Virus record (IMG/VR): IMGVR_UViG_3300045988_119780
Span: 1-60,388 of that record
Direction: 5' to 3' (one strand)
Length of the DNA: 60,388 bases
Source of the DNA: a virus
Of the stretch, positions 8,985 to 17,185 are shown piece by piece (position 1 is the first letter of the stretch; every line of letters begins with the position of its first letter). The notes below the pieces were generated by a model, which did not search any database, had not been told where the DNA came from, and worked only from the letters and a program-made list of their open reading frames with translations. The position numbers were made by a program, and so were the translations under genes.

Positions 8985-10385
8985 TTAAATTAAATGTCTT
9001 GCTTTGGCTTGGTAATAAACCCAGCCATGCTTATAATTTCTTTGTTTTGCGAATGCTTCCAGATCAGCATATGTTTTGCAGTCTTTCAGCTTAATGACTT
9101 TGCTTGTCTTAAAGTGCCCGCTGTTGACTTCCTGGATTTTTTTGAGTTCCATTCCATCATCAGCACCCAGTTCTTTATCTTTACGTTCATTCTTGATTTC
9201 GAACTGTTCACCACAATACGGGCACTCGATTTTTTTTACTTCGTCAGTTTCGCTAACAATGTTTTCATCCCGTATGAACACACCCATACAATAGCTACAT
9301 TGATAGATGCCGCTGACTTCACTGCCACCTTCTCGTGACTTGCCACGCTTGCGGCTTTTCAGAGTCCAGTCTCTGTCTTGATTGGGCAGTCCAAACTTTC
9401 CCCAGTTGTTTACGTGATCGAGAATGATAGCCCGCTTGTCAGGTTGGTATCTCATGCAGCGCATTGCCTGCTGGAGATACAGCACCAATGACTTAGTTGG
9501 TCTAAGTAAGATCACGCATGAACATTCTGGAACGTTGAACCCTTCTGAAACGAGGTCACAGTTTACAAGGACCTGGTACTTGCTGCTCTTAAAACCCTCC
9601 ATAACCTCATCTCTGATTGCAGTTGGTGTTTTGCCGTCTGCTTCGGCTGCGGAAATTCCAGCTTCTTGAAAGCGCTGGACAACTTCTCTAGCCGTAGCAA
9701 CCGTAGGTGTATAACAGATTGTCTGTCTGCCCCCAGCATGTTTTTTCCAGTTGCCGATCAAGTCACCATAGGCAACAGTTTTCATATATTCATTCATAGA
9801 ACTGCCCGTGTAATCTTGGCCGCCATGTGATGCAAGCTTGCTAAAGTCACCTAATGGAACTGCGTAGTAGTCATAAGGTGCTAAGCGGTTATGGTCAATC
9901 AGCCACTGGACTTGTGGGCCTTCAACCATTGACGAATATTCATCAGTGAATCCTTCGCCGCTCATTCGCCATGGTGTTGCAGTGAAACCCAGCCTTGGAA
10001 CATCCGGCCAATACTCAAGGATTTTTTTATAGGTTTTAGCCTTACTATGGTGGGCTTCATCAATGATAATCAATGACGGCTTTTCTAAAGATTGGATATG
10101 ATTCCAAACTCTTTGAACCGTGTCAATTGTCACCTTACTCATATCCACACCGTTGCTGATGAAGGCTTCCTCGATCTGCCTGGTCAGCTCTCGCCTATGG
10201 ACAAAAAACAAAATTTTATTTTCTTTTAAGGTTGTTAGTCGTGCAATTTCGGCAATGACTACTGACTTACCAGACCCAGGTGGGCTGACAATCATAACCC
10301 CTTTATTCTTCCGGGCTAGTTCCTGCCGTACTTCCGTCACCAGTTTCTTCTGGTAATTGAATAGTGAAAAGCTCACTTGCTTCAC
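8985..10385 (-). CDS. SF2 DEAD/DEAH-box helicase
   Basis: Motif I SPPGSGKS, motif II IIIDEAHH, C-terminal Cys4 cluster CSYC...CPYC. Confidence 0.8.
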   Translation of the reverse strand: MKQVSFSLFNYQKKLVTEVRQELARKNKGVMIVSPPGSGKSVVIAEIARLTTLKENKILFFVHRRELTRQIEEAFISNGVDMSKVTIDTVQRVWNHIQSLEKPSLIIIDEAHHSKAKTYKKILEYWPDVPRLGFTATPWRMSGEGFTDEYSSMVEGPQVQWLIDHNRLAPYDYYAVPLGDFSKLASHGGQDYTGSSMNEYMKTVAYGDLIGNWKKHAGGRQTICYTPTVATAREVVQRFQEAGISAAEADGKTPTAIRDEVMEGFKSSKYQVLVNCDLVSEGFNVPECSCVILLRPTKSLVLYLQQAMRCMRYQPDKRAIILDHVNNWGKFGLPNQDRDWTLKSRKRGKSREGGSEVSGIYQCSYCMGVFIRDENIVSETDEVKKIECPYCGEQFEIKNERKDKELGADDGMELKKIQEVNSGHFKTSKVIKLKDCKTYADLEAFAKQRNYKHGWVYYQAKARHLI

Positions 10386-11019
10386 ATCCCTTCCGATTGT
10401 CTAAGCGGTTTTTAGCATAGGTGCCAATGTCACCTTCTAAAACAAGGCCGTGACCACCAGTCTTAGGGTTAACTACCATACGTCCAACCACATCGCAGTT
10501 GCCCATAAGGTAGTCTCTAGCACTTGCTCTAAGATCTGGAGCATGCTGCTGGAAAGTTTGTCCGTTAGCTTCCGTTACATCGAAGTCACCTTCCCAGCAC
10601 GTAACCAAGATATTAAGGTTATAACTGAACATCTTAGAGATGAAACGGATTACCCAGTTGGTGAACTCTCCATAGTGTTGAAGCTTGTTGTCCAGGTGGT
10701 TGCTAGTCTCGTTAGCTTTTTCAACAAACCAAAGCTTTTGCAGGTTGGACAGGTTGTCAATCACCAGCCAGTCATATTCATCTGGGTTAAACTCAACCGC
10801 AAATTCTTGCAAGTCCTCGATAGGTGCTTTTGGGTCAATTGCCCAAATGTCTTCTGAGCCTTGCCAACGGTTAACTCTTTGAAATGAGTTGTCCAAACTG
10901 AGCATAAACACTCTTCCCGGCAGGTACTCACTCAATGTGGTTTTACCCACGCCTGGCACGCCATAAACAAGGTAACGGTATTTAGGTGCTGGAGCTGCGC
11001 CCCAATTAAATCTTGGCAT
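10303..11019 (-). CDS. AAA/RecA-like ATPase (Sak4-like)
   Basis: Walker A GVPGVGKTT. The TAATG start overlaps the upstream stop. The 3' end overlaps the helicase start by 83 nt. Confidence 0.6.
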   Translation of the reverse strand: MPRFNWGAAPAPKYRYLVYGVPGVGKTTLSEYLPGRVFMLSLDNSFQRVNRWQGSEDIWAIDPKAPIEDLQEFAVEFNPDEYDWLVIDNLSNLQKLWFVEKANETSNHLDNKLQHYGEFTNWVIRFISKMFSYNLNILVTCWEGDFDVTEANGQTFQQHAPDLRASARDYLMGNCDVVGRMVVNPKTGGHGLVLEGDIGTYAKNRLDNRKGCEASELFTIQLPEETGDGSTAGTSPEE

Positions 11020-11273
11020 TAATCCTCCCACCCCCGAGTAAGGGCTTCTTCTCTAATACGCTTGACCACATCGTCAAACTCTTTGTAAGCCAGCGTATAC
11101 TTAATTACTTCGTCACGACTGCCAGAATAAGCATCCGGCAGTGCACTTCTCATCTTATTAAGCCATTTAATTGCTCCTAACGGAGACGTTGAAACAGACT
11201 TAGCTTCTTCGTAAAGAGCTTGTTCAAAGTCATCTGAAAGGTCAATCAACATTTGTAAATGGTTGTCGATCAT
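11019..11273 (-). CDS. Hypothetical early protein
   Basis: 84-aa acidic ORF. Confidence 0.45.
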   Translation of the reverse strand: MIDNHLQMLIDLSDDFEQALYEEAKSVSTSPLGAIKWLNKMRSALPDAYSGSRDEVIKYTLAYKEFDDVVKRIREEALTRGWED

Positions 11274-11485
11274 GCTATAATCTCCTTAGTGTTTAGAGTT
11301 GCTGACTATCTTTTGATAGCCAGCTTTTTTGTTTTCACCGTGAAAGCGTTGCTTGCCTTGACCAGCCGCTTGATAGTTTCCTTAGACACGCCTATCACCT
11401 CCTTTAGTTGAAGTACTTCTTAGGATTGCTAAGGATTGCCCCAGCAAAAATTCCTAAGACAAACCAACATACTGTTTCCCAAATG

Positions 11486-11686
11486 CTAATCATGGTTAGC
11501 CTCCTCTTCCGTTTGCCATTTCAGAAATTCCTCCCACCGCTTTTGATCGTAGCGGTATGTTCTCTTGCCTAACTTAATTACTGCATCAGAGTACGGGCTA
11601 TACTCGCACTCCAGTCTCAGTTCATATAGGAAGTGACGGCTGACTTTCATCTGGTCCATCATTTCCCTGCTTGTTAATAGACGCAT
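11486..11686 (-). CDS. Small HTH protein (excisionase-like, tentative)
   Basis: 66 aa. LTSREMMDQMKVSRHFLYELR resembles MerR/Xis-type HTH proteins. Confidence 0.4.
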   Translation of the reverse strand: MRLLTSREMMDQMKVSRHFLYELRLECEYSPYSDAVIKLGKRTYRYDQKRWEEFLKWQTEEEANHD

Positions 11687-11830
11687 TGTCTGAGATACTC
11701 CAGGATTTCGTAGTCAGTCATTTCTCTGCCGTCAACCACAGGGGGATGATCTGGATTAAGCAACGCCATGATGTAATTCATTGGTGTGTATTCCATTTCT
11801 TCCATCTCTTCGTTTTCCGTTGGGTGCAAT

Positions 11831-12523
11831 TCAATTACGTTCACTGTTATTTCTCCCCCACTTTTCGTTAAAGAAAGCTCTACCCTTAGGTGTAATCAGC
11901 GTTTGAGTGAATCCACTGTTGGTATCCTTGATTTCAAAGTAGCCTTTGGCCACATACTCTGCGTACGGCTTGATTGTTTTCTTTGAGCCAGTGCGGTAGA
12001 TGTAGCCATGATCTTCAAGCACTTGGTTGAATGCTCTTGGCTTCCAGCCCAACATCTTAGCCGTGTCTCTAAAGTTAGTTAGGCCATTCTTATCAATGAC
12101 TTGATCGTAGTAGCCAATCTTAGGTGCTTGTTCTTTGATTACTAGCTTGAGCTGCAGGTTTTCATTCTTCAGTAAGTCATACCCACGCTGGATTATCATT
12201 TGCGGATCGTTCCAAGCCTTTTCTACCTTAATGAAGTACTGCCGGATCTCTTTGCCCTTAGGCGTCTTACTCATCATGCAGAGTTCCTTAGCCATGTCTA
12301 CCGTTACGTAGTAGTCATCAAGGTATTGAACGTTTCCGTTTCCGCCTTTAACGGGTGTAACTCCAGTTACGCCCGTATAATCGGACCCCTCTTCAAAGTC
12401 TCTAAAATTTTGATCTACCCATTTACTAAAGCGGGTAGTTAATTCCAATGCCTTGTGCAGGTCTCTAGCTGACACAAGCTGTTGGTCGTTTTCTGTTTTG
12501 ATCTTGATAAGTTCTTTCTCCAT
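11831..12523 (-). CDS. Antirepressor (AntA-like N-domain plus KilAC-like C-domain)
   Basis: VSARDLHKALELTTRFSKWVDQN at the N-terminus; IGYYDQVIDKNGLTNFRDTAKMLGW in the C-terminal half. Confidence 0.7.
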   Translation of the reverse strand: MEKELIKIKTENDQQLVSARDLHKALELTTRFSKWVDQNFRDFEEGSDYTGVTGVTPVKGGNGNVQYLDDYYVTVDMAKELCMMSKTPKGKEIRQYFIKVEKAWNDPQMIIQRGYDLLKNENLQLKLVIKEQAPKIGYYDQVIDKNGLTNFRDTAKMLGWKPRAFNQVLEDHGYIYRTGSKKTIKPYAEYVAKGYFEIKDTNSGFTQTLITPKGRAFFNEKWGRNNSERN

Positions 12524-12564
12524 ACGAGAAACTCCTTTATAAATTCTACACCTTATGGGAAGAA

Positions 12565-12771
12565 TTACTTTAAAAATTTTTTGTAATCTACGCCCACAAC
12601 GTGGCAGATTCTATACAAATTATTAACATTGATCGGAATACGGTCATGCAAATACTTGCTTAGTGTCTGAGGAGCAACCCCAGCCTTTTCAGCAACAAAC
12701 ACATAGCGTAGACCTTGCTTGTCAATTTCTTCTTTTAGCATATGACCAGCTCCTTTTTTAATTACTGTCAT
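12565..12771 (-). CDS. Cro-like XRE-family HTH regulator
   Basis: 68 aa with HTH LRYVFVAEKAGVAPQTLSKYL. Divergent from the cI-like gene, with a strong AGGAGGAAG SD. Confidence 0.7.
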   Translation of the reverse strand: MTVIKKGAGHMLKEEIDKQGLRYVFVAEKAGVAPQTLSKYLHDRIPINVNNLYRICHVVGVDYKKFLK

Positions 12772-12945
12772 CTAGCTTCCTCCTTTCGTGTTTGACTTAC
12801 ACATATTAGGATACCACCTTCTGAGAAAAGTGCAACCTTTTTTTCTCTTTTTGTTAAGAAACATTGTAAAAGTACTTACTTTGGTCTAAGCTTAGGCTAA
12901 AGAAATAACTCAGAGCGTGTACATTGCTGAATGGAGGTGTGCGTT
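12772..12945. promoter_or_regulatory. Genetic-switch intergenic region (divergent promoters/operators expected)
   Basis: 174 bp between the divergent cro-like and cI-like genes. I could not define the operators by eye. Confidence 0.55.
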
Positions 12946-13308
12946 ATGAGCAAAGCACTTGGCAGTCGTTTAACACAACTGAGAGAATCACTGGGCCTTA
13001 GTAAGGCTGAAGTCGCTAGAAGACTTCACGTAGGAAATACTACCTATTCCAATTGGGAGTATGGACTTAGAGAACCAAACATAGACATGATCGTAACACT
13101 GGCAGACTTCTTCGATGTTTCCACTGACTACCTATTAGGTAGAGACAGTGAGATCTGGGAAGTCAAGGAACCAGCTGCTCATTATGATCTCGGGGAAGAT
13201 GAGCCGCTTTCTTATAGAGGCGTAGAGTTACCCGATGATCTGAAAAGCTATTACAGATCGATGGCAGAAACCTATATAAGGAAGAGAAAAAACTCTGCCC
13301 ATGAATGA
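12946..13308 (+). CDS. CI-like XRE-family repressor
   Basis: LGSRLTQLRESLGLSKAEVARRLHVGNTTYSNWEYG HTH; GGAGGTG SD before the ATG at 12946. Confidence 0.8.
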   Translation: MSKALGSRLTQLRESLGLSKAEVARRLHVGNTTYSNWEYGLREPNIDMIVTLADFFDVSTDYLLGRDSEIWEVKEPAAHYDLGEDEPLSYRGVELPDDLKSYYRSMAETYIRKRKNSAHE

Positions 13309-13696
13309 CTTACTGGAATACTTGATGAATTACGCCTTAGAGGCAGGGATTGGTGTTATCTACGATGCTACTCTACCTTCGAACGCACCATCTGTTTCTT
13401 ATGCTAAGTCTAGAATTATCATCTTAAACGGAAATTGGGCCAGGCGGTTTGAATCGCCTTTCATCTTAGCCCACGAGATAGGACACATCGTGTTACAGCA
13501 CAGATGTAGTTCTTTAGCCGCACCTACAATTAAAATAAAAATGGAACATGAAGCTGATGTGTTCGCCACTAAAATCATCTGGAATTATTCAACCCTAATC
13601 GGTGTGGAATACGACAATGTTTGCAGCTTCATGCAAGCCTTCGAAATACCTAACAGAATGTTTGAGACAGTTAGCAAATTAATGAGGGCATGCTAA
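13301..13696 (+). CDS. ImmA/IrrE-family metallopeptidase
   Basis: HEIGH zinc motif (LAHEIGHIVLQH). Overlaps the cI-like stop. Confidence 0.8.
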   Translation: MNDLLEYLMNYALEAGIGVIYDATLPSNAPSVSYAKSRIIILNGNWARRFESPFILAHEIGHIVLQHRCSSLAAPTIKIKMEHEADVFATKIIWNYSTLIGVEYDNVCSFMQAFEIPNRMFETVSKLMRAC

Positions 13697-13755
13697 AAGA
13701 GCGCCCTTACTTGCAGATAGCAAAGGCGCTTTTATTTTTCCTGGAGGAAACAACA

Positions 13756-14868
13756 ATGAAAACTTACCCAATAGGAAAGCCTAAGAAAATGAAGTCCGGC
13801 AAATACCAATGGTATCAGCGTTACCGTGACCCACTAACGGGCAAAATCAAGCGTGTGACATGTCTTCTCTCTCGTGGTAGTCAACAGGCCAGGAAGGAAG
13901 CTGAACTCATTCTAGCACAGAAATTAGCCGATATAAGCGATACTAGAACAGAAACAAATATAACCATAGGTGAGCTATCGAAACTTTTTCTAGATCACGA
14001 GAGAGAGCGTGGAGTCAAATCAACCACATTGAGCGTACGCAGGACTGGAATGTCTGCAATGCTGAAGTATTTTGGCGAGGACGCAATAGCTAAAAATATT
14101 ACTAAACCAATGGTAACCAAATATCTCCAAAGCTCTTTAAAGAAAAAGACTAATTCAACAGTCCATGTCTACCGTGTAGGTATGAGTACAATGTATGACT
14201 TTGCAATCGATTATGGATACCTGACTGAGAACCCAGCTAAAGGACTGCGCATTCAATGGAAACCGCAAAAGCCTACAAGCATTACCGACAAATACTTTAC
14301 AGATGAAGAGCTTAACAATCTATTTGCCGTTATTGATCGCCCAGATTACTTGCGGCTTTTTAAATTTATGTATCTAACTGGCATGAGATTTGGCGAAGCA
14401 ACAGGCCTGCAATTCAAAAACATTCACGATCAATACGCTGATATAACGGGTACCATGTGGGCCAATGGCATTAAATCTGATTCGCCTAAGACACTGGCTT
14501 CTTTCCGGTCCGTATTTCTGCCTAAGCAAGCCGTAGAAATAATAAAGTGGTTTAAGCAGTATGACCGAAACACTGAGCCAGATGATTTTATTTTCATCAA
14601 TCAACTAAAACATGTTCCATTTAAAATGAATACTGTTGCGCTTTATCTCAAGAATAAAAGTAGAGAAGCTGGAATAGATCGGAAAATTACTACCCACTTT
14701 TTCAGACATACCCACATCTCCAAGTTAGCTGAACAAGGCGTCCCCTTGCACGTTATTCAGAAAAGAGTTGGACACACAAAAGCGGAAACTACAAGAGAAA
14801 TTTATCTTCACGTCACTAAGAAAATGCAGGAAGACATGGAGAAACAGATCAATGATTTTTCCATTTGA
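13756..14868 (+). CDS. int: Tyrosine integrase
   Basis: C-terminal catalytic signature HFFRHTH...GHTKAETTREIYLH. GGAGGA SD before the ATG at 13756. Confidence 0.9.
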   Translation: MKTYPIGKPKKMKSGKYQWYQRYRDPLTGKIKRVTCLLSRGSQQARKEAELILAQKLADISDTRTETNITIGELSKLFLDHERERGVKSTTLSVRRTGMSAMLKYFGEDAIAKNITKPMVTKYLQSSLKKKTNSTVHVYRVGMSTMYDFAIDYGYLTENPAKGLRIQWKPQKPTSITDKYFTDEELNNLFAVIDRPDYLRLFKFMYLTGMRFGEATGLQFKNIHDQYADITGTMWANGIKSDSPKTLASFRSVFLPKQAVEIIKWFKQYDRNTEPDDFIFINQLKHVPFKMNTVALYLKNKSREAGIDRKITTHFFRHTHISKLAEQGVPLHVIQKRVGHTKAETTREIYLHVTKKMQEDMEKQINDFSI

Positions 14869-15114
14869 GCCATATTTGAGCCACCGATAATCAAAGGACT
14901 GGGCAAGCCTTGCTATATCAACCAACTCTTGCCAGACCGCACATACTGGTCCGGTACATAGTATCAATCATCGCTCTCCTAGACAAACCGCACTGCACTA
15001 GGATTTACAGCACTTTTTATAGGCTATCTTTGGCCTTTAAAGTCCATCAAAGTTGCCGGAGTTTGTGCCAAAAATGAGCCACTCAGATTAATTTCCGAGT
15101 GGCTCTCTTGCATT
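14869..15114. other. Probable attP-containing region
   Basis: Non-coding stretch directly 3' of int. Carries ATTTGAGCCA twice in tandem (14863-14883) and TGAGCCAC again at 15075-15082. Confidence 0.4.
15076..15105 (-). terminator. Intrinsic terminator after the SHOCT-domain gene
   Basis: 9-bp stem GAGCCACTC/GAGTGGCTC followed by ATTTTTGG on the minus strand. Confidence 0.6.
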
Positions 15115-15612
15115 TTATTTCCAAATTTTTTCTTTCTCTTGATCGAACTCTTCTTGAGTGATCGCCCCACTGTCCAGCAGCTCTTTGAGCTTGGTCAGCT
15201 TGTCTATAGATTGGCTATCGTGCCCTTGATCTTTATACGAGTAGTCTTTAAATCCATTCTTACCTGGAAGCCCTACGGCCTGGAAAACTAATTGAAAAAA
15301 CACAACCCAGATAAAGAGAGTATTTTCTGGCAAGTCTGCCACATAGCTTGAGTAAGTAAACACCACCAATACACCAGAAATGATTTCTAAAGTTAGTTCT
15401 TGCCACTTAATTGGTCTGCGCTTGCACGTGACAATGTAGATTATTCCTAAGACTATTGCCCAGATTCCAAAGATCAAATACCTTGACATAAATATAGCAG
15501 CCACCAGCTGGCTATTTGCTAAATATTCTACGCAATAGCCAAAGAACAAAAACAGTTCAAACAACGCCAGCACCAATAACAAAATACCGCCTACTAATCT
15601 TCTCTTAATCAT
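15115..15612 (-). CDS. Multi-pass membrane protein with C-terminal SHOCT domain
   Basis: Four or five hydrophobic helices, then LKELLDSGAITQEEFDQEKEKI. Confidence 0.65.
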   Translation of the reverse strand: MIKRRLVGGILLLVLALFELFLFFGYCVEYLANSQLVAAIFMSRYLIFGIWAIVLGIIYIVTCKRRPIKWQELTLEIISGVLVVFTYSSYVADLPENTLFIWVVFFQLVFQAVGLPGKNGFKDYSYKDQGHDSQSIDKLTKLKELLDSGAITQEEFDQEKEKIWK

Positions 15613-16516
15613 TATCCTTTACCTCGTGTATAACAGCTGGCAGTTCTCCGTCAACCTTATCTGCATTAACTAAGATTGGGTCAATCCAAATAAACTCCAA
15701 TGTCCGTTTCCCGTTTCTAGGCCCTCTCCAGTAATGTTGGAAATGTCCTCTTCTATAGTGTGGACGCTTGCCAGTGTGGCTGCCAGCGTGTGTTTTATTG
15801 GTTTGCTTGTATTGCTTGATAGCAGCTCCGTAGCGAAGTCCTACGTCCCATGTGCGTATTTCCCTATAACTATCTTTAAGGTGGCTCGCAGGCCGCTTAA
15901 ATTGATTCTGGCGTGGACTAACTTCTGGATTGCTAGTGCAGAGATAGAGCGTTAGCTGCATTGCCTTCTTGACCATATCGAACAGCCTTGGATTTTCCCG
16001 CCCCAGTGACATCTTATCCACAGCCTCTTTGATCGTGCTTGCCGAATCATAGGCTATGAAGGCAGGCCAAGCTTCGGCAGTGTTGTTGCAAAAAGTAAAT
16101 CGCAATTCAACCGCCTTGTTCTTTACATCATATTCCCGGCTGACGAAGAAACCATTCACGCCCAGTCCAGGCGCTTGTATGTAGATTGCTGGAAACGGCA
16201 GTCTTTCAAATACCACGGTGGGGAGTCTGTCCAGTGGCTGGCTATACAGATCATTGGCTAGCTCGTTATCAAACACATAGATTTCCTTGCTTATCCTCCA
16301 CGGTGCTAGGGCTGACATGAGAACGGCATCCTGGACTTGCTGAAATACATTTGCTTGGCTTGCCATAGTAATTGTTAGGCAGCGGTTGATTGGAACATAA
16401 CACCAGTCAGGCCAATTTCTATTTTTCCTGGCTGATTCAATCTCAGACCAGGCGCTGAGGTATTTGCTGGACGTTAGTTTCAACATCTGCAATGGTAAGC
16501 ATTTTTCTTTCTTCAT
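15605..16516 (-). CDS. Hypothetical 303-aa protein with a basic His/Arg-rich C-terminus
   Basis: Start at MKKEKC, with GGAGGA 8 nt upstream. C-terminus GKRPHYRRGHFQHYWRGPRNGKR. An 8-nt overlap (ATGATTAA) couples it to the SHOCT gene. Confidence 0.55.
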   Translation of the reverse strand: MKKEKCLPLQMLKLTSSKYLSAWSEIESARKNRNWPDWCYVPINRCLTITMASQANVFQQVQDAVLMSALAPWRISKEIYVFDNELANDLYSQPLDRLPTVVFERLPFPAIYIQAPGLGVNGFFVSREYDVKNKAVELRFTFCNNTAEAWPAFIAYDSASTIKEAVDKMSLGRENPRLFDMVKKAMQLTLYLCTSNPEVSPRQNQFKRPASHLKDSYREIRTWDVGLRYGAAIKQYKQTNKTHAGSHTGKRPHYRRGHFQHYWRGPRNGKRTLEFIWIDPILVNADKVDGELPAVIHEVKDND

Positions 16517-16538
16517 TGGCTTTTTCCTCCACACCCAT

Positions 16539-16547
16539 ATTATAGCA
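16539..16547 (-). promoter_or_regulatory. Extended -10 promoter TGCTATAAT for the 16516..15115 operon
   Basis: Minus strand reads TTTTGCTATAATATGG, about 20 nt upstream of the SD. Confidence 0.5.
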
Positions 16548-16550
16548 AAA

Positions 16551-16589
16551 CAAAAAAGCCTTACCAGAATTTCTCCGGTAAGGCTTTTC
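16551..16589 (-). terminator. Intrinsic terminator closing the late/lysis transcript
   Basis: Minus strand AAAAGCCTTACCGGAGAAATTCTGGTAAGGCTTTTTTG. Confidence 0.7.
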
Positions 16590-16820
16590 ATGTGACAGGC
16601 GTGACGGATCTGTCACCCACCCGTCACTCTTACTCCCACAAGGGATTGTGGCACTTTTTGTGACGGAAGTCCCCGATTTTCCCCTATCTCCTATATATAC
16701 TTCTTCTTCTTCTATATAAAGATATAGAGTAGAGTACGTTTGCGTCACAGCAAGTGGCTGAATCCCTTGGGGCTGTAGGGCCGAAGGCCGGTGACACAAT
16801 CTGTCACACCTATCACCCTC
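16590..16820. repeat. GTGAC-palindrome element, copy A (paralogue of 49861..50091)
   Basis: GTGAC-N6-GTCAC at 16601-16616 and GTGAC-N7-GTCAC at 16791-16807. About 9 GTGAC/GTCAC half-sites; central TATATA-(CTT)4-TATATAAAG. Confidence 0.7.
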
Positions 16821-16833
16821 CACACAGTGTGGA

Positions 16834-17184
16834 CTAAATAGACCCCACTAACCGAACAACAGGTCGTGCGCCAGTTGGGAAGATAGTTTCTGTGTCATCA
16901 TCATTCTTCAACCGCACTTCGAATTGATACAGACCAGCAGGCTGTGCTGCAAGCTTAGTCCCTAGAACACTAATCGTGTCATCATCGGTAATCACAATGT
17001 CGCTTGCATCAGTACTAAACAAATACTGGCCTTGCTCATTAGCAACTCTGACTTCAATATCTTCTGGGTCATAGTCATCAGTAAGATACAAGTCCATTTC
17101 GTCATCGTATAGATCAAGAGTGTAAATCTGGGAAGTGTCACCAACCTTAGCAACAGTTTCCGCTACGCCTAAACTTAATGCCAT
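16834..17184 (-). CDS. Hypothetical acidic beta-rich protein after the endolysin
   Basis: 116-aa ORF that starts 1 nt after the endolysin stop. Confidence 0.45.
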   Translation of the reverse strand: MALSLGVAETVAKVGDTSQIYTLDLYDDEMDLYLTDDYDPEDIEVRVANEQGQYLFSTDASDIVITDDDTISVLGTKLAAQPAGLYQFEVRLKNDDDTETIFPTGARPVVRLVGSI

Positions 17185-17185
17185 A

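Noticed and set aside
10303-10385. 83-nt overlap between the Sak4-like ATPase 3' end and the helicase start, considered as a frameshift or sequencing error
   Set aside because: Both ORFs have complete N- and C-terminal motifs and plausible starts. The overlap may be real, or the ATPase tail may be non-essential. Nothing in the sequence forces an error call.
16443-16823. 126-aa minus-strand ORF spanning GTGAC element A (and the analogous 68-aa ORF 49743..49949 near element B)
   Set aside because: It runs across a terminator and a promoter and has no SD. The two element copies do not conserve any reading frame.
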